64,000 nt of DNA from an uncultured Poribacteria bacterium. GTDB lineage: Bacteria > Poribacteria > WGA-4E > WGA-3G. A program made the translations under genes and the position numbers. The notes under the pieces were generated by a model. It made no database searches, was not told the origin of the DNA, and saw nothing but the letters and a program-made list of their open reading frames with translations. Every line of letters starts with the position of its first letter. The stretch's first letter is position 1. Below, piece after piece: positions 55,580-64,000 of the stretch. The stretch is from positions 3,488,001 through 3,552,000 of the forward strand of contig CATQHZ020000001.1 of the NCBI GenBank assembly GCA_958296135.2, read 5' to 3'.

Positions 55580-58366
55580 TCAGATTTCATCAACAAACGC
55601 AGGGGCCTCTCGCTGGACAGTTGATTTGTACTCCTGCCCATCGACGAGTGCAGTTAATTCAATCTCGCCGCTGGCTTTGACTGCCATTTTCAGGCGTGCC
55701 TTTCGTAGGGCCACATCGGGTACCCGCTTTGGCAACTCAAGTGTGTAACTGTCAATTTGCGAAGCGTTTGCGAGGCTGTTACCCCTGTCGAAATGCTCGT
55801 GGACACTAATAAGGGTTGTCAGCGAATTAAGCGGGAAATCCGTAATCTCCGAACTTTCGTCAGGAATGCGTTGCCCTTTCGGAATAATTTCACCAAATAC
55901 GGGTTTCCCGCGAGTTATCTGCAGGATACCGAGCCGCGAATGTGTTTTATTGGCCATGTCAACGGTTTTCACGGCATCTCCCGGTAACAGTTGGGTTACG
56001 CCATATTGTGCAGCACCAATGACGACACAGGCCTTGGGATGTTCAGCGAGGTGAATATCAACAACGTCTGTGGCATATTGTGAGCGGAAATGGGATGCCA
56101 TCATCTCCTTGACTATGGGCATTTTTGACGATTGCCCGGCGAGGACTACGGTATTCGGAATAACGCCGCCCGCTTCGGAAATCATGGTATCAATAGCAGC
56201 GAAGGTTTTGTCTAATGCAGGTTGGATAAGCGTCTGCAATTGCTCCCGTGAGAGTTCCACGGTCATTTCACGTTGTGTCGGCGTTTCAAGGGTGCTTCCG
56301 TCATTTCCAATGTGCGGGGCAGAACGTGTCGGCTGCTGCAGTAGCAAGCTTTCAAGAGTGCTTACGCCATCTCCTACCTTAACCTGCAGGTAACCTAAGA
56401 ACCGGGACTTTACTGCTGACTTCTCGCTGAGCGCCCTTTTCATATCCTCGGCAGCATCGTAAACGAAAGCGTTTTCCCGGGTCGCCCTATCAACGGCTGG
56501 CTCTCCAGAAGGCTGCAGGATTTTCCGCCGCTTCAGATACGGGATGTCAAACCGTATGCCAGGAGTGGCACTCCGAATCAGTTTCCCGCATTCATCCAGA
56601 ACGAAGTCAACGATTGCCTGCGTCACATCGTCTCCACCGTATTTCGGATTTCCGCCGCGGGCGAGCGGTTCAATCTTGATCTCGTTACTGTCGCTTGTTA
56701 CCTGCGACAGAACAATGTCAATGGTGCCACCCCCGAAATCGTAAACCATCAGTCTATAGTCGTCTGGCAGCGGTTCTTCACGTCCCCCCAAAATTGTGCC
56801 GATAGAAGCCGCTGAAGCTTCATCAATGAGGATGAGCTCGGTGATGCCGATGTTCTCAAACGCGAGTCTCAGATCTTCCTTCTGCTGCCAAGTGAACATC
56901 GTCGGGTGCGTAACTACACATTTCGTAACCTTCGATTTCGCCGTCAAGGTGTCCAAATGTGCTTCTGCCTGAACGACAAGGTATTTAAGAATCTCGGCAG
57001 CCACATCACGCGGTTGCAATTTCAATGCGCGCGGAAATTGGCGATTCCATTGATATCCCAACCAACGCTTCACAGAAGTGATGTAGTAAGGCCCATCGAT
57101 TTCGCTCGTCCGAAAATCTTCCGCAGCAGACCCGACAGAAGATGTTCCCTTATTTGCAGGGTGACTGTGGTAGACAATTGACGATGGCATAATCTCCGAA
57201 GAACCTGCTTCGCCTCGCAACGGAATAAGTTTCGGCTCGTAGGTAGCCTCATCGATGTAGGCACAGCAAGAATTCGTCGTGCCGAAGTCAATAGCGACGT
57301 AATGTGGATATGGCTCTAGCCGCTCGACCTTTACGTTCAGTAGGACATCTTCGTACCGTGGTGCGGTCTCACAATTAATAGTAAATCGAATCGGATACGC
57401 ACCCGGTTCGATATCAACCGCGGAAACCAATACATCTACGTTTCGGTGGCCACCCCCTTCAATTTCTATCGGATACTTGACATCTGGGAGGCTGACGAGG
57501 CCGGGAGGTCCTTCAATGTCAATCTCCTGAATTTTCAATAGAGACTCGCCTTGGTTCTGAAGCGTTAAGGTATGGGTTATCTCTCGTTCTTGCGTTATTT
57601 CCAGATTCGCTATGGGCACGAATAACTTCGGCGGTTCCGGTTCCAGCTCCGCTTGGATGCGAACCGTCTGTTCAATAGGTTCCGCAAGTCCGCGCAGTTC
57701 AAAACGCAAGGTTTCTTCATTAACCCCTTTGCGGAGTTTCCTGCAATCAACCTCAAGGCGAACGCGTTTCGCTGCGTCGCCTTCTTTATAGCGTCCTTTC
57801 ATGAAGCGGACGCTCTTGATTTTTCCCGGTGAGAACTGAACGCGGCTAATATCAAATTGGCTCCGCGTCACCTCAACACGGAGCTCTAGGTTCATCGTCT
57901 CCGTGCCTTTGCGGTAGCGCGCCACGCTCGGGCTCGGCAGCAGTTTAAAAGCGGGCTCTGGCAATGCCCGTAGGGTGAGTGATTCTGTGCCTTTGAGGTT
58001 GGGCAACGTTTCATGAACACGCACGCGGATGTTCTCGGGTTGCAGCGTTAACTTCCCCGGGTCTACCTGTATAGCAATCGCGGCGGATTGTCCCGCGTTC
58101 ACTTTAAACGGTTGCGCATACGCGGCATCCACAAGTTGATGCTTCGTCTTGAGCGGTTGAAAAGTCATCGGGCAGCTGCCGGTATTTTCGACAAGCAGCG
58201 TCGCCTCGCGGGTGGCCGTGTCATTCCTGATGGGGCTGTAAAACAGCGGGGCCTCCTTCCATCGCACCGAAAAATCGAAGGTTGAACAGCCACAATAGCC
58301 GCAATACCGCTCGTGCGCGAAGATTTCCCAACCGACGTTGCAGTTTGAACACACTGTGCCTGCCAT
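55580..58366 (-). CDS. Hsp70/DnaK-family ATPase with N-terminal Zn-ribbon and Ig-like domains
   Basis: 'CSNC...CGYCG', 'AIDFGTTNS', 'IDEASAA', 'YDFGGGTID', 'GGDDVT', 'LAGQSSKMP' and 'VVIGAA'. Confidence 0.88.
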   Translation of the reverse strand: MAGTVCSNCNVGWEIFAHERYCGYCGCSTFDFSVRWKEAPLFYSPIRNDTATREATLLVENTGSCPMTFQPLKTKHQLVDAAYAQPFKVNAGQSAAIAIQVDPGKLTLQPENIRVRVHETLPNLKGTESLTLRALPEPAFKLLPSPSVARYRKGTETMNLELRVEVTRSQFDISRVQFSPGKIKSVRFMKGRYKEGDAAKRVRLEVDCRKLRKGVNEETLRFELRGLAEPIEQTVRIQAELEPEPPKLFVPIANLEITQEREITHTLTLQNQGESLLKIQEIDIEGPPGLVSLPDVKYPIEIEGGGHRNVDVLVSAVDIEPGAYPIRFTINCETAPRYEDVLLNVKVERLEPYPHYVAIDFGTTNSCCAYIDEATYEPKLIPLRGEAGSSEIMPSSIVYHSHPANKGTSSVGSAAEDFRTSEIDGPYYITSVKRWLGYQWNRQFPRALKLQPRDVAAEILKYLVVQAEAHLDTLTAKSKVTKCVVTHPTMFTWQQKEDLRLAFENIGITELILIDEASAASIGTILGGREEPLPDDYRLMVYDFGGGTIDIVLSQVTSDSNEIKIEPLARGGNPKYGGDDVTQAIVDFVLDECGKLIRSATPGIRFDIPYLKRRKILQPSGEPAVDRATRENAFVYDAAEDMKRALSEKSAVKSRFLGYLQVKVGDGVSTLESLLLQQPTRSAPHIGNDGSTLETPTQREMTVELSREQLQTLIQPALDKTFAAIDTMISEAGGVIPNTVVLAGQSSKMPIVKEMMASHFRSQYATDVVDIHLAEHPKACVVIGAAQYGVTQLLPGDAVKTVDMANKTHSRLGILQITRGKPVFGEIIPKGQRIPDESSEITDFPLNSLTTLISVHEHFDRGNSLANASQIDSYTLELPKRVPDVALRKARLKMAVKASGEIELTALVDGQEYKSTVQREAPAFVDEI

Positions 58367-58372
58367 ACCCGA

Positions 58373-61300
58373 TTATTCCTTCTTCAACTTCCCGATGTCC
58401 ATATCCGCAAAAGAGAACGGCTTAGGTGTTCCTGCAGGCTTTTCCTGCGTCGGTTCAGGAGGCTGTGTCGGCGCGGACAGCGAGTCTTCAGCGGCAACTT
58501 CTTCAGTCGGTTCAGGTTCGCCTTCACCCCACACAGATTCGTCCTCGCTCCCGGTGCTCTCGTGTGATGCAGCTGTCTCGGCAGCGGCATGTCCCTGCAC
58601 GTTTTCGCTTACCGTTTCGGAGAAACCGCCAGAGGCATACTCAGCCTCTTCAGAGGAGACTTCTTCAAAGCCACTATCCGCTCCTGTTCCATCTGCCATG
58701 CCTCCACCGCCTGGATTCGGAGAAACTTGATGTCTTTCAGATGCTGCCGCAGGTTCCGCGCGGAAATGTGCATCGAATATACCATCTGCATCGGGCGGTT
58801 CCACATCGCCATTAGGATAGACTTCACCCAGAAATTTTCTGTAAAATTCACTCAGTCTACGGCGTGCGTCAAGGTTGGCAACATCCTCAAGCAGATGATT
58901 GATGACTCCAGTGACGGTCTCACGGCCCAGCTGCGCGAATGTTAACTGAACCGCCTCGATGAATTCATCGTAAGAGGACGCATTCTCTCGACGAGAGAGC
59001 CTCTTCATTCCCTCCAGGTCATCGGACAAGCCGAGCGTTTGAACGAGCCCATCAACATAATACTCAAACACATATCTGCCGTGATGCAGCCGAAACACGT
59101 CCGAAAACGCCTCGCGGGTGACATGGCAGATTTCAGGTACCAGACGCGCTAAAGCCCGACACCATCGCGCGAGCCTATCACTTTTGTGATAAAGCTCCAG
59201 GTCAAACAGATCCGGATTTTTATGGGTTCGGTGCCCGTAAGCCGCGCGGCTCTGTTCAAAATGTTGCTTAAGCGTTTCGTAGGACACCAAGTCATCCAAT
59301 GCAAAACCTGCCTCCTCTTCATAGAAAAAGAGGAGGTGGTCAACAGAAGATGGGCCTAGTCGCGGAAAGCCAAGTTGCTGCCCTAGGTCCGGTAACGCGT
59401 TCCCAATCGGATCGTGCCCGAAGATAATCTTCGGCAGTCTATCAAGCGCAAACACTTGATAATCAGGGTGGAACGTCTGATAGGGATTTGAGCGGCTCGC
59501 TAGATTCCCAATAATGTTGTTGCCTTGGTCGCGTAAAAGATTCTGCGCCTTTGTAACGACAGCCTCAACCTGAATTTGCTCTAACGCTAGCTGCCGATAG
59601 GTTTCCGTCATTTGACGCGTGATGTCTTCAGAACTTCGTTCTAAAAACTCGCGCATCGTTCTCCCACTGAGCAATCTACCGTCAGTGTCCATGCTGGCGA
59701 TTTGGTGGTGTAGCACGTCCGCATCTGTATCAATTCGGTTTTGCGGGTTGTTTGCGACGATTTTCACACACTCCGATTTGGGTGCATTGACAGCAGCGTC
59801 GTAATCGTCTTTGAATTTCTGCGCACAACTCCCCAGGTTCGCCGCAATCTGGTCTAACCGCTGTTTAATCGTCTGCCGGCGATTAGGCCCGTCGGTATTG
59901 CTCGGTTGAACCCCAAAACCGAGTTCTTCGCGAACTTCCTGCAAAACCGGCCGCAGAAAATAATTTCGCAAGCGCACATAAATACTGTTGGCGTTCCCGG
60001 AAATCAAGTTGCAATAGGTTTCGATTAACTCTGTGCGATGTGCCTTAACCGATTGGAGGTGCAGGCCGATGAGTTTCGTCCAGCGATTGTTCTCCGCGCC
60101 CTGCATCCGGTCGAAATCCAACTCGTTCAGGTTTAAAGTGGGCAAGCGTTCTGGACATGCATCAATCGTGTCCTTGATTTTTTCATCAAGTGCTTGAAAG
60201 AACGCGCGGACATCACCGAGGCCGTATGTGCCTTGGAAATCAATGCGTGCTAACTGGTTGTTCAAAGCAGCAGCAAGTACCTCGCGGAACTTCTTTTTGC
60301 ATTCAACCACCTGCATTTCCATTAATTCAAAATATTGGCCGCCCTGGTCAAACTTGTTCCGGAAAGGGCCGCCTTCGCCGCGTGGGAACGCTTGGATCAG
60401 GCTTTTCAGTTGCTGAGCAGTCGTGGTTTCCCTGCCGAATTCTTGTCGCGCTTGATTCAGACACGAATCAATTTGACTCTTGAGCGGTAACTGCCCTTCG
60501 GGATTGGTTAACACATCCATATTCCCGTTTAACATCTCATCCCACTCCTGGCTTGCGGCTGCCACAATCGTAGCCTCAGGCTCCTGCTGGCCTCGCCAAC
60601 TTTCGCATAAACTCTGGCTGATTAAACATGCAGATGCGTTGGCGATACGATATTTGGGGTACCAAACCGCTGTCAAGCCAAAACTCGCGAGACATTTCAC
60701 CATCGTAGGAATCTCACCTTCTGGCACAGGCTTTAAGTCCCCGTAACCAGGGTAACTTTTCCAATCGGTGCGGATGGCTTCTTTGTGGCCGCTAGTATCT
60801 CCGACAGCCTCGGCGAAGAGATTCAGGGCAACCATCAGGTTTAAGCCCTTCTCATCAAATCCGCCATCCGGTAGGGTAAACCTGAGGTTCGGGATTTTGC
60901 CGCTACGAGAGACAAGCATCGTGTAATCAAAGGGTTTTTGCTCCGGATTACGAACCCTGCGCCCACTTGGAAAGGTGACATCATACCTCGTATTTAGGCA
61001 GTTATAGTAGTTTAATTCGGAAAGGCTAGCGTAGCAATTTGCAGCCCGAGCAGCAGTATCCTCGTGTCCGGTCGCTTGATCGTTGTCGTACATGGTAAAA
61101 ATGCCATAAATCCTGTTGGCCTCGTTACCGCCAAGAAGATCTCTGAAAAAGTACGCCACGTCAATAAGCATGCCGCTACAAGAACCGCCACAGAGCGAGC
61201 CAACGACATAGACGTTGATAGCATTCGAGTCTACGAGTTCCCCCTCGGGCACCTGCCCCTTGGCCATATAGTGTTGGTGCAGAATATCAACTGTCTCCTG

Positions 61301-61747
61301 CGTGGTAGCCGGGGCGATAATGGCGTTGCGCGCCGCAAAGAGGGTCTGCTGCATCTCCTGCCAATTTTCCCAGAGACACAGCCTCCCTGCCATCCGAATA
61401 TTGCTGGCACCGGCTCGAAAACTTTGGGCAAAGTCCAAGAGCTGCGGATTGAGCCACTCCGCCAATTGCGGCCTGTGAAGGGGATGACCGGGAGTCAGCC
61501 GGAGGCGAATTGGGCCGATGTCATCAATCGTCGCGCTGACAACCTTGATTTGCTCGTAAGCCTGCTGCTGCTCCGTTGCCATCAGGTCCCAGTCTGCTCC
61601 GCGTACATCACCGTCTGTCTCAATGGCAATATAACGGAAGATAGGCAGCCCCGCGCGCGTATATTCCTCCGCCATGAGTTGGCGGAGGCTTTTTAGAATG
61701 TTTGTGCCGGTTGTTCCAAGGCCGACAAACAGTGTAGGTTTAATCAT
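58373..61747 (-). CDS. Tubulin-like (Tubulin_2/FtsZ-like) domain protein with a long helical extension
   Basis: 'PTLFVGLGTTG', 'IAIETD', 'GASNIRMAGRL', 'VVGSLCGGSCSGMLID', 'ANCYASLSEL' and 'PFD'. Confidence 0.88.
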   Translation of the reverse strand: MIKPTLFVGLGTTGTNILKSLRQLMAEEYTRAGLPIFRYIAIETDGDVRGADWDLMATEQQQAYEQIKVVSATIDDIGPIRLRLTPGHPLHRPQLAEWLNPQLLDFAQSFRAGASNIRMAGRLCLWENWQEMQQTLFAARNAIIAPATTQETVDILHQHYMAKGQVPEGELVDSNAINVYVVGSLCGGSCSGMLIDVAYFFRDLLGGNEANRIYGIFTMYDNDQATGHEDTAARAANCYASLSELNYYNCLNTRYDVTFPSGRRVRNPEQKPFDYTMLVSRSGKIPNLRFTLPDGGFDEKGLNLMVALNLFAEAVGDTSGHKEAIRTDWKSYPGYGDLKPVPEGEIPTMVKCLASFGLTAVWYPKYRIANASACLISQSLCESWRGQQEPEATIVAAASQEWDEMLNGNMDVLTNPEGQLPLKSQIDSCLNQARQEFGRETTTAQQLKSLIQAFPRGEGGPFRNKFDQGGQYFELMEMQVVECKKKFREVLAAALNNQLARIDFQGTYGLGDVRAFFQALDEKIKDTIDACPERLPTLNLNELDFDRMQGAENNRWTKLIGLHLQSVKAHRTELIETYCNLISGNANSIYVRLRNYFLRPVLQEVREELGFGVQPSNTDGPNRRQTIKQRLDQIAANLGSCAQKFKDDYDAAVNAPKSECVKIVANNPQNRIDTDADVLHHQIASMDTDGRLLSGRTMREFLERSSEDITRQMTETYRQLALEQIQVEAVVTKAQNLLRDQGNNIIGNLASRSNPYQTFHPDYQVFALDRLPKIIFGHDPIGNALPDLGQQLGFPRLGPSSVDHLLFFYEEEAGFALDDLVSYETLKQHFEQSRAAYGHRTHKNPDLFDLELYHKSDRLARWCRALARLVPEICHVTREAFSDVFRLHHGRYVFEYYVDGLVQTLGLSDDLEGMKRLSRRENASSYDEFIEAVQLTFAQLGRETVTGVINHLLEDVANLDARRRLSEFYRKFLGEVYPNGDVEPPDADGIFDAHFRAEPAAASERHQVSPNPGGGGMADGTGADSGFEEVSSEEAEYASGGFSETVSENVQGHAAAETAASHESTGSEDESVWGEGEPEPTEEVAAEDSLSAPTQPPEPTQEKPAGTPKPFSFADMDIGKLKKE

Positions 61748-61779
61748 CGTGTGCTCCTTCTCGAAGCATTATGAGATAA

Positions 61780-62175
61780 CTACCTCTTTTTAGGGTTAGG
61801 ATTTCCACCCTGAGGTCTTTGAGTGGGCGCAATCGGCTTGGTTCTCTTCCCACCCTGAGTTGATAGGGACACTAACAGACAAATGTCCACAATCAAGAAT
61901 AGCACATAGAGTGCCAGATAGATAGGGACATACCACCACTCGGCGAGCCGCGGGATGGCGCGGAGCCAAACCCAGATGGACAGCACCGCTCCTCCGAATA
62001 TGTGCGCCCCGAGCGCGATGCGCCACGCGAGCGTTGTCGCTCGTTCGATGCCGAACTTGTTCATGAATAACCGGGCGAGCACAAACGCAATCACCCCCAC
62101 GAAACTGTAAGCGGCGAAGTAGGCGTAAACAGGCAAAATCAACGGATCTACGAAAAAGTCAGCGATAATCTGCAT
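61780..62175 (-). CDS. Small three-TM membrane protein
   Basis: RBS AAGGAG, three hydrophobic helices and a basic tail. Confidence 0.7.
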   Translation of the reverse strand: MQIIADFFVDPLILPVYAYFAAYSFVGVIAFVLARLFMNKFGIERATTLAWRIALGAHIFGGAVLSIWVWLRAIPRLAEWWYVPIYLALYVLFLIVDICLLVSLSTQGGKRTKPIAPTQRPQGGNPNPKKR

Positions 62176-62209
62176 CTGAGCTCCTTGCGTTGAGATGAAA
62201 CTCGCTTTA

Positions 62210-62244
62210 AGTCTACCATATTCCCACCTTAATTTGCAAATTAA
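62210..62244 (-). promoter_or_regulatory. Putative promoter overlapped by a perfect 16-bp palindrome
   Basis: TTGCAA-18 nt-TAGACT, with TTAATTTGCAAATTAA at 62229-62244. Confidence 0.5.
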
Positions 62245-62281
62245 AATTCGCCGGATTAGAGACATTCAGTTCTCCCATTTC

Positions 62282-62339
62282 TGTAGGTTGAGATCGCCCG
62301 AGCTCAACCGGGGTCAAGATTGGACGATCTTGACCTACA
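62282..62339. repeat. Inverted pair of GTAG REP-like palindromes
   Basis: GTAGGTTGAGATCG...CTCAACC and GGTCAAGAT...ATCTTGACCTAC. Confidence 0.6.
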
Positions 62340-62444
62340 GAGAAGAGGCCCGGTGTTGATTTCAAGCGTGATATCAAAAACGGAAACTGAATCACTCTGT
62401 TCGCCGGCTTGGGTTTTGGGAACGTTCAGGCAACTTCACTGTTA

Positions 62445-62473
62445 ATTATAACATATTTTGCACATTTTTGCAA
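62445..62473 (-). promoter_or_regulatory. sigma70 promoter with extended -10, upstream of the tubulin operon
   Basis: TTGCAA-17 nt-TATAAT, preceded by TGT. Confidence 0.65.
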
Positions 62474-62505
62474 ATTAAAAATTTGCAGAAGAATTTGTGC
62501 AGATC

Positions 62506-64000
62506 CTACCGGGCAAGTGGATTGGGATTATTCTCCTGCTCACCACCGCCAGGAAAGGCATCCAAACCATCCACACCTACGCGACTAGAGGTATCTGTCA
62601 CGAATTCAAAATCGACGCGAACCTCCTCGGCCTCGTCCCCGCCGCGCCTTAAAACGAGCTGCTCCTGAGATGCTAGGAGCCGGCCCTCATCATCGGCATC
62701 CTCAAAAAGCCGAATCTCGGCTTTGTCGTCGCAATACAAGAAAGCGGAACTTCCCACATCAAAATGCAATCCGGCATTATCGTCCGCTCCAAACGCCAAG
62801 ATTGTCTCTTTCGTCAGTGTAAAGTATTGCTTCTCGCCGAGGAGCGTTCCTGCTGCAGAGACTTGTGCCAATCCAATCTGGTGCTCAATCTGCGTTGGCT
62901 TTATCCATTGGCGAATCAGAAAGAACAGCGCGCCGACGAGCAGAATGAACAACGGAATAACCACAAGCCACATCGGAAACCCGCCACCCCCGCCGTGGAG
63001 TTTAAAGGGCACACTGATTGTCGCAAATCTTGGGTTACCATCGTAGGTATACTCAATATCCAACACCAACTTGTTGCCGTACCAATCCAAGTCGTTCTCT
63101 TTCGGCACGACGACACTGAACTGCTTGTCTAAACTATCCGGTGTGTTTGACACGTTCGCAGCGCAAAGTTTCCGGCCATCTTTGTATTGGACGTGACAGC
63201 GGACTCGCCCGATTTGGAAGGCACCTCTGTTAGGACTCTCGCTCCGAACAACGAGCTCAACGAGATACGCGTCTTCCGCAAAAACCAGGTCCAGCCGTTT
63301 TGCCGGTTGATACGGATTCTCCAGATCGGAGATATAGACGCTATCAATCACCACCGTGTAGTTCATGAGCGGAGCAGGATGCACTTTGTCCACGCCGTCG
63401 TAGTTATAGGTGACTTCAAGCTTCAACTGATTGCCGGGCGTAGCGAGTTCCGGAGTGGCAGGGAACGGTATCCGGAGCTCGTAAGGCGGCGGACTTCCAC
63501 CCAGAGAAACCGGATCGACCTGGAGTACCTCAACTTCGTTCTCTTCGTTTACGATTTGAAGAGGCTTGCCGTTCTTGTCAATAACTTCCACTGCGACGCT
63601 GTCCAACTTAAATTTCGCTTTCTCGGAGTTCTTGGTGTCAACAACAAGGGTTTCGCTGATAAACTGTCCCGCGTCATCCTCTGAAAGAGACAACTTTGTG
63701 GCGGGCTCGTCCTGCTTCATCTGATTGGCGATGAAAATGGCATCAATGTCGCGTCGCTTTTGAATCTTGCGAACCTCAATTTTGACGTGCTTATTGACTA
63801 AGGTGCCCAGGATTAGCGGCGCGTAGTATGCCTCTTCGATTTCGGCGAGCCGCTTCAGGATGACGGCGATGCCAGAGTCACTTTTGCCGCTGTTATCAAT
63901 GTCGCCATCTGTCACGAAAATCCAATAGGTTCCATCGTCTGCTTCGCGATACAACTCGTCGTAGACCTCGGTTTCGGCGCGGAGAAGGTAAGAGACGAGG
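62506..64000 (-). CDS. Probable vWA domain membrane protein with two beta-sandwich repeats, a TM helix and a small C-terminal domain; 5'-truncated
   Basis: 'YWIFVTDGDID' resembles the vWA MIDAS TDG. Repeats end in 'NQLKLEVTYNYDG' and 'NKLVLDIEYTYDG'. A GGGG linker precedes the TM helix. The frame is open to the window end. Confidence 0.6.
   Translation of the reverse strand, partial: LVSYLLRAETEVYDELYREADDGTYWIFVTDGDIDNSGKSDSGIAVILKRLAEIEEAYYAPLILGTLVNKHVKIEVRKIQKRRDIDAIFIANQMKQDEPATKLSLSEDDAGQFISETLVVDTKNSEKAKFKLDSVAVEVIDKNGKPLQIVNEENEVEVLQVDPVSLGGSPPPYELRIPFPATPELATPGNQLKLEVTYNYDGVDKVHPAPLMNYTVVIDSVYISDLENPYQPAKRLDLVFAEDAYLVELVVRSESPNRGAFQIGRVRCHVQYKDGRKLCAANVSNTPDSLDKQFSVVVPKENDLDWYGNKLVLDIEYTYDGNPRFATISVPFKLHGGGGGFPMWLVVIPLFILLVGALFFLIRQWIKPTQIEHQIGLAQVSAAGTLLGEKQYFTLTKETILAFGADDNAGLHFDVGSSAFLYCDDKAEIRLFEDADDEGRLLASQEQLVLRRGGDEAEEVRVDFEFVTDTSSRVGVDGLDAFPGGGEQENNPNPLAR

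Noticed and set aside
51957-58366. Housekeeping dnaK-grpE operon
   Set aside because: There is no hrcA, dnaJ or CIRCE element. The proteins have extra domains and are highly divergent, so no gene symbols were assigned.
59462-59470. HPD tripeptide in the tubulin-like protein as a built-in J-domain
   Set aside because: The context (NPYQTFHPDYQVF) lacks the helix II 'IKKAYRKLA' pattern and the spacing of a J-domain, so it is probably chance. It is worth rechecking only if conserved in orthologs.

Overview
A roughly 55-60% GC bacterial window. It is most likely from Candidatus Poribacteria or a relative; this is inferred from the C-terminal 'KLTTTWxxLK'-type tails, the lamin-tail/LPVELSSF secreted protein, two PhyH dioxygenases, tandem Uma2 genes and paired ABC-2 permeases. 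Bases 1-48250 hold mostly metabolic and envelope genes, including folD, an ECF sigma/anti-sigma pair, a dlgD-like dehydrogenase, a GH13 amylase, a cytochrome P460-like protein and an rhmD-like dehydratase. These genes are separated by dense GTAG-type REP arrays. The standout feature is a co-oriented minus-strand locus at 48312 to beyond 64000. In order it encodes a membrane-anchored vWA protein, a small membrane protein, a 1124-aa divergent tubulin/FtsZ-like protein, a Zn-ribbon/Ig-fused Hsp70, a degenerate Hsp70 paralog, two GrpE-like paralogs (one membrane-tethered), a membrane-anchored transglutaminase-like Cys protease and a multi-Ig/CBM48 protein. It looks like a tubulin-like system with its own chaperone machine. 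Other notable signals are a miniature element inserted five times at the same position in the REP loop, a ~260-nt structured RNA candidate after the anti-sigma gene, a stand-alone ATPase-TOPRIM (OLD-like) gene, an in-frame TAG in a PhyH gene and a frameshifted DUF433 remnant. All family calls come from motifs read by eye, not from database searches.
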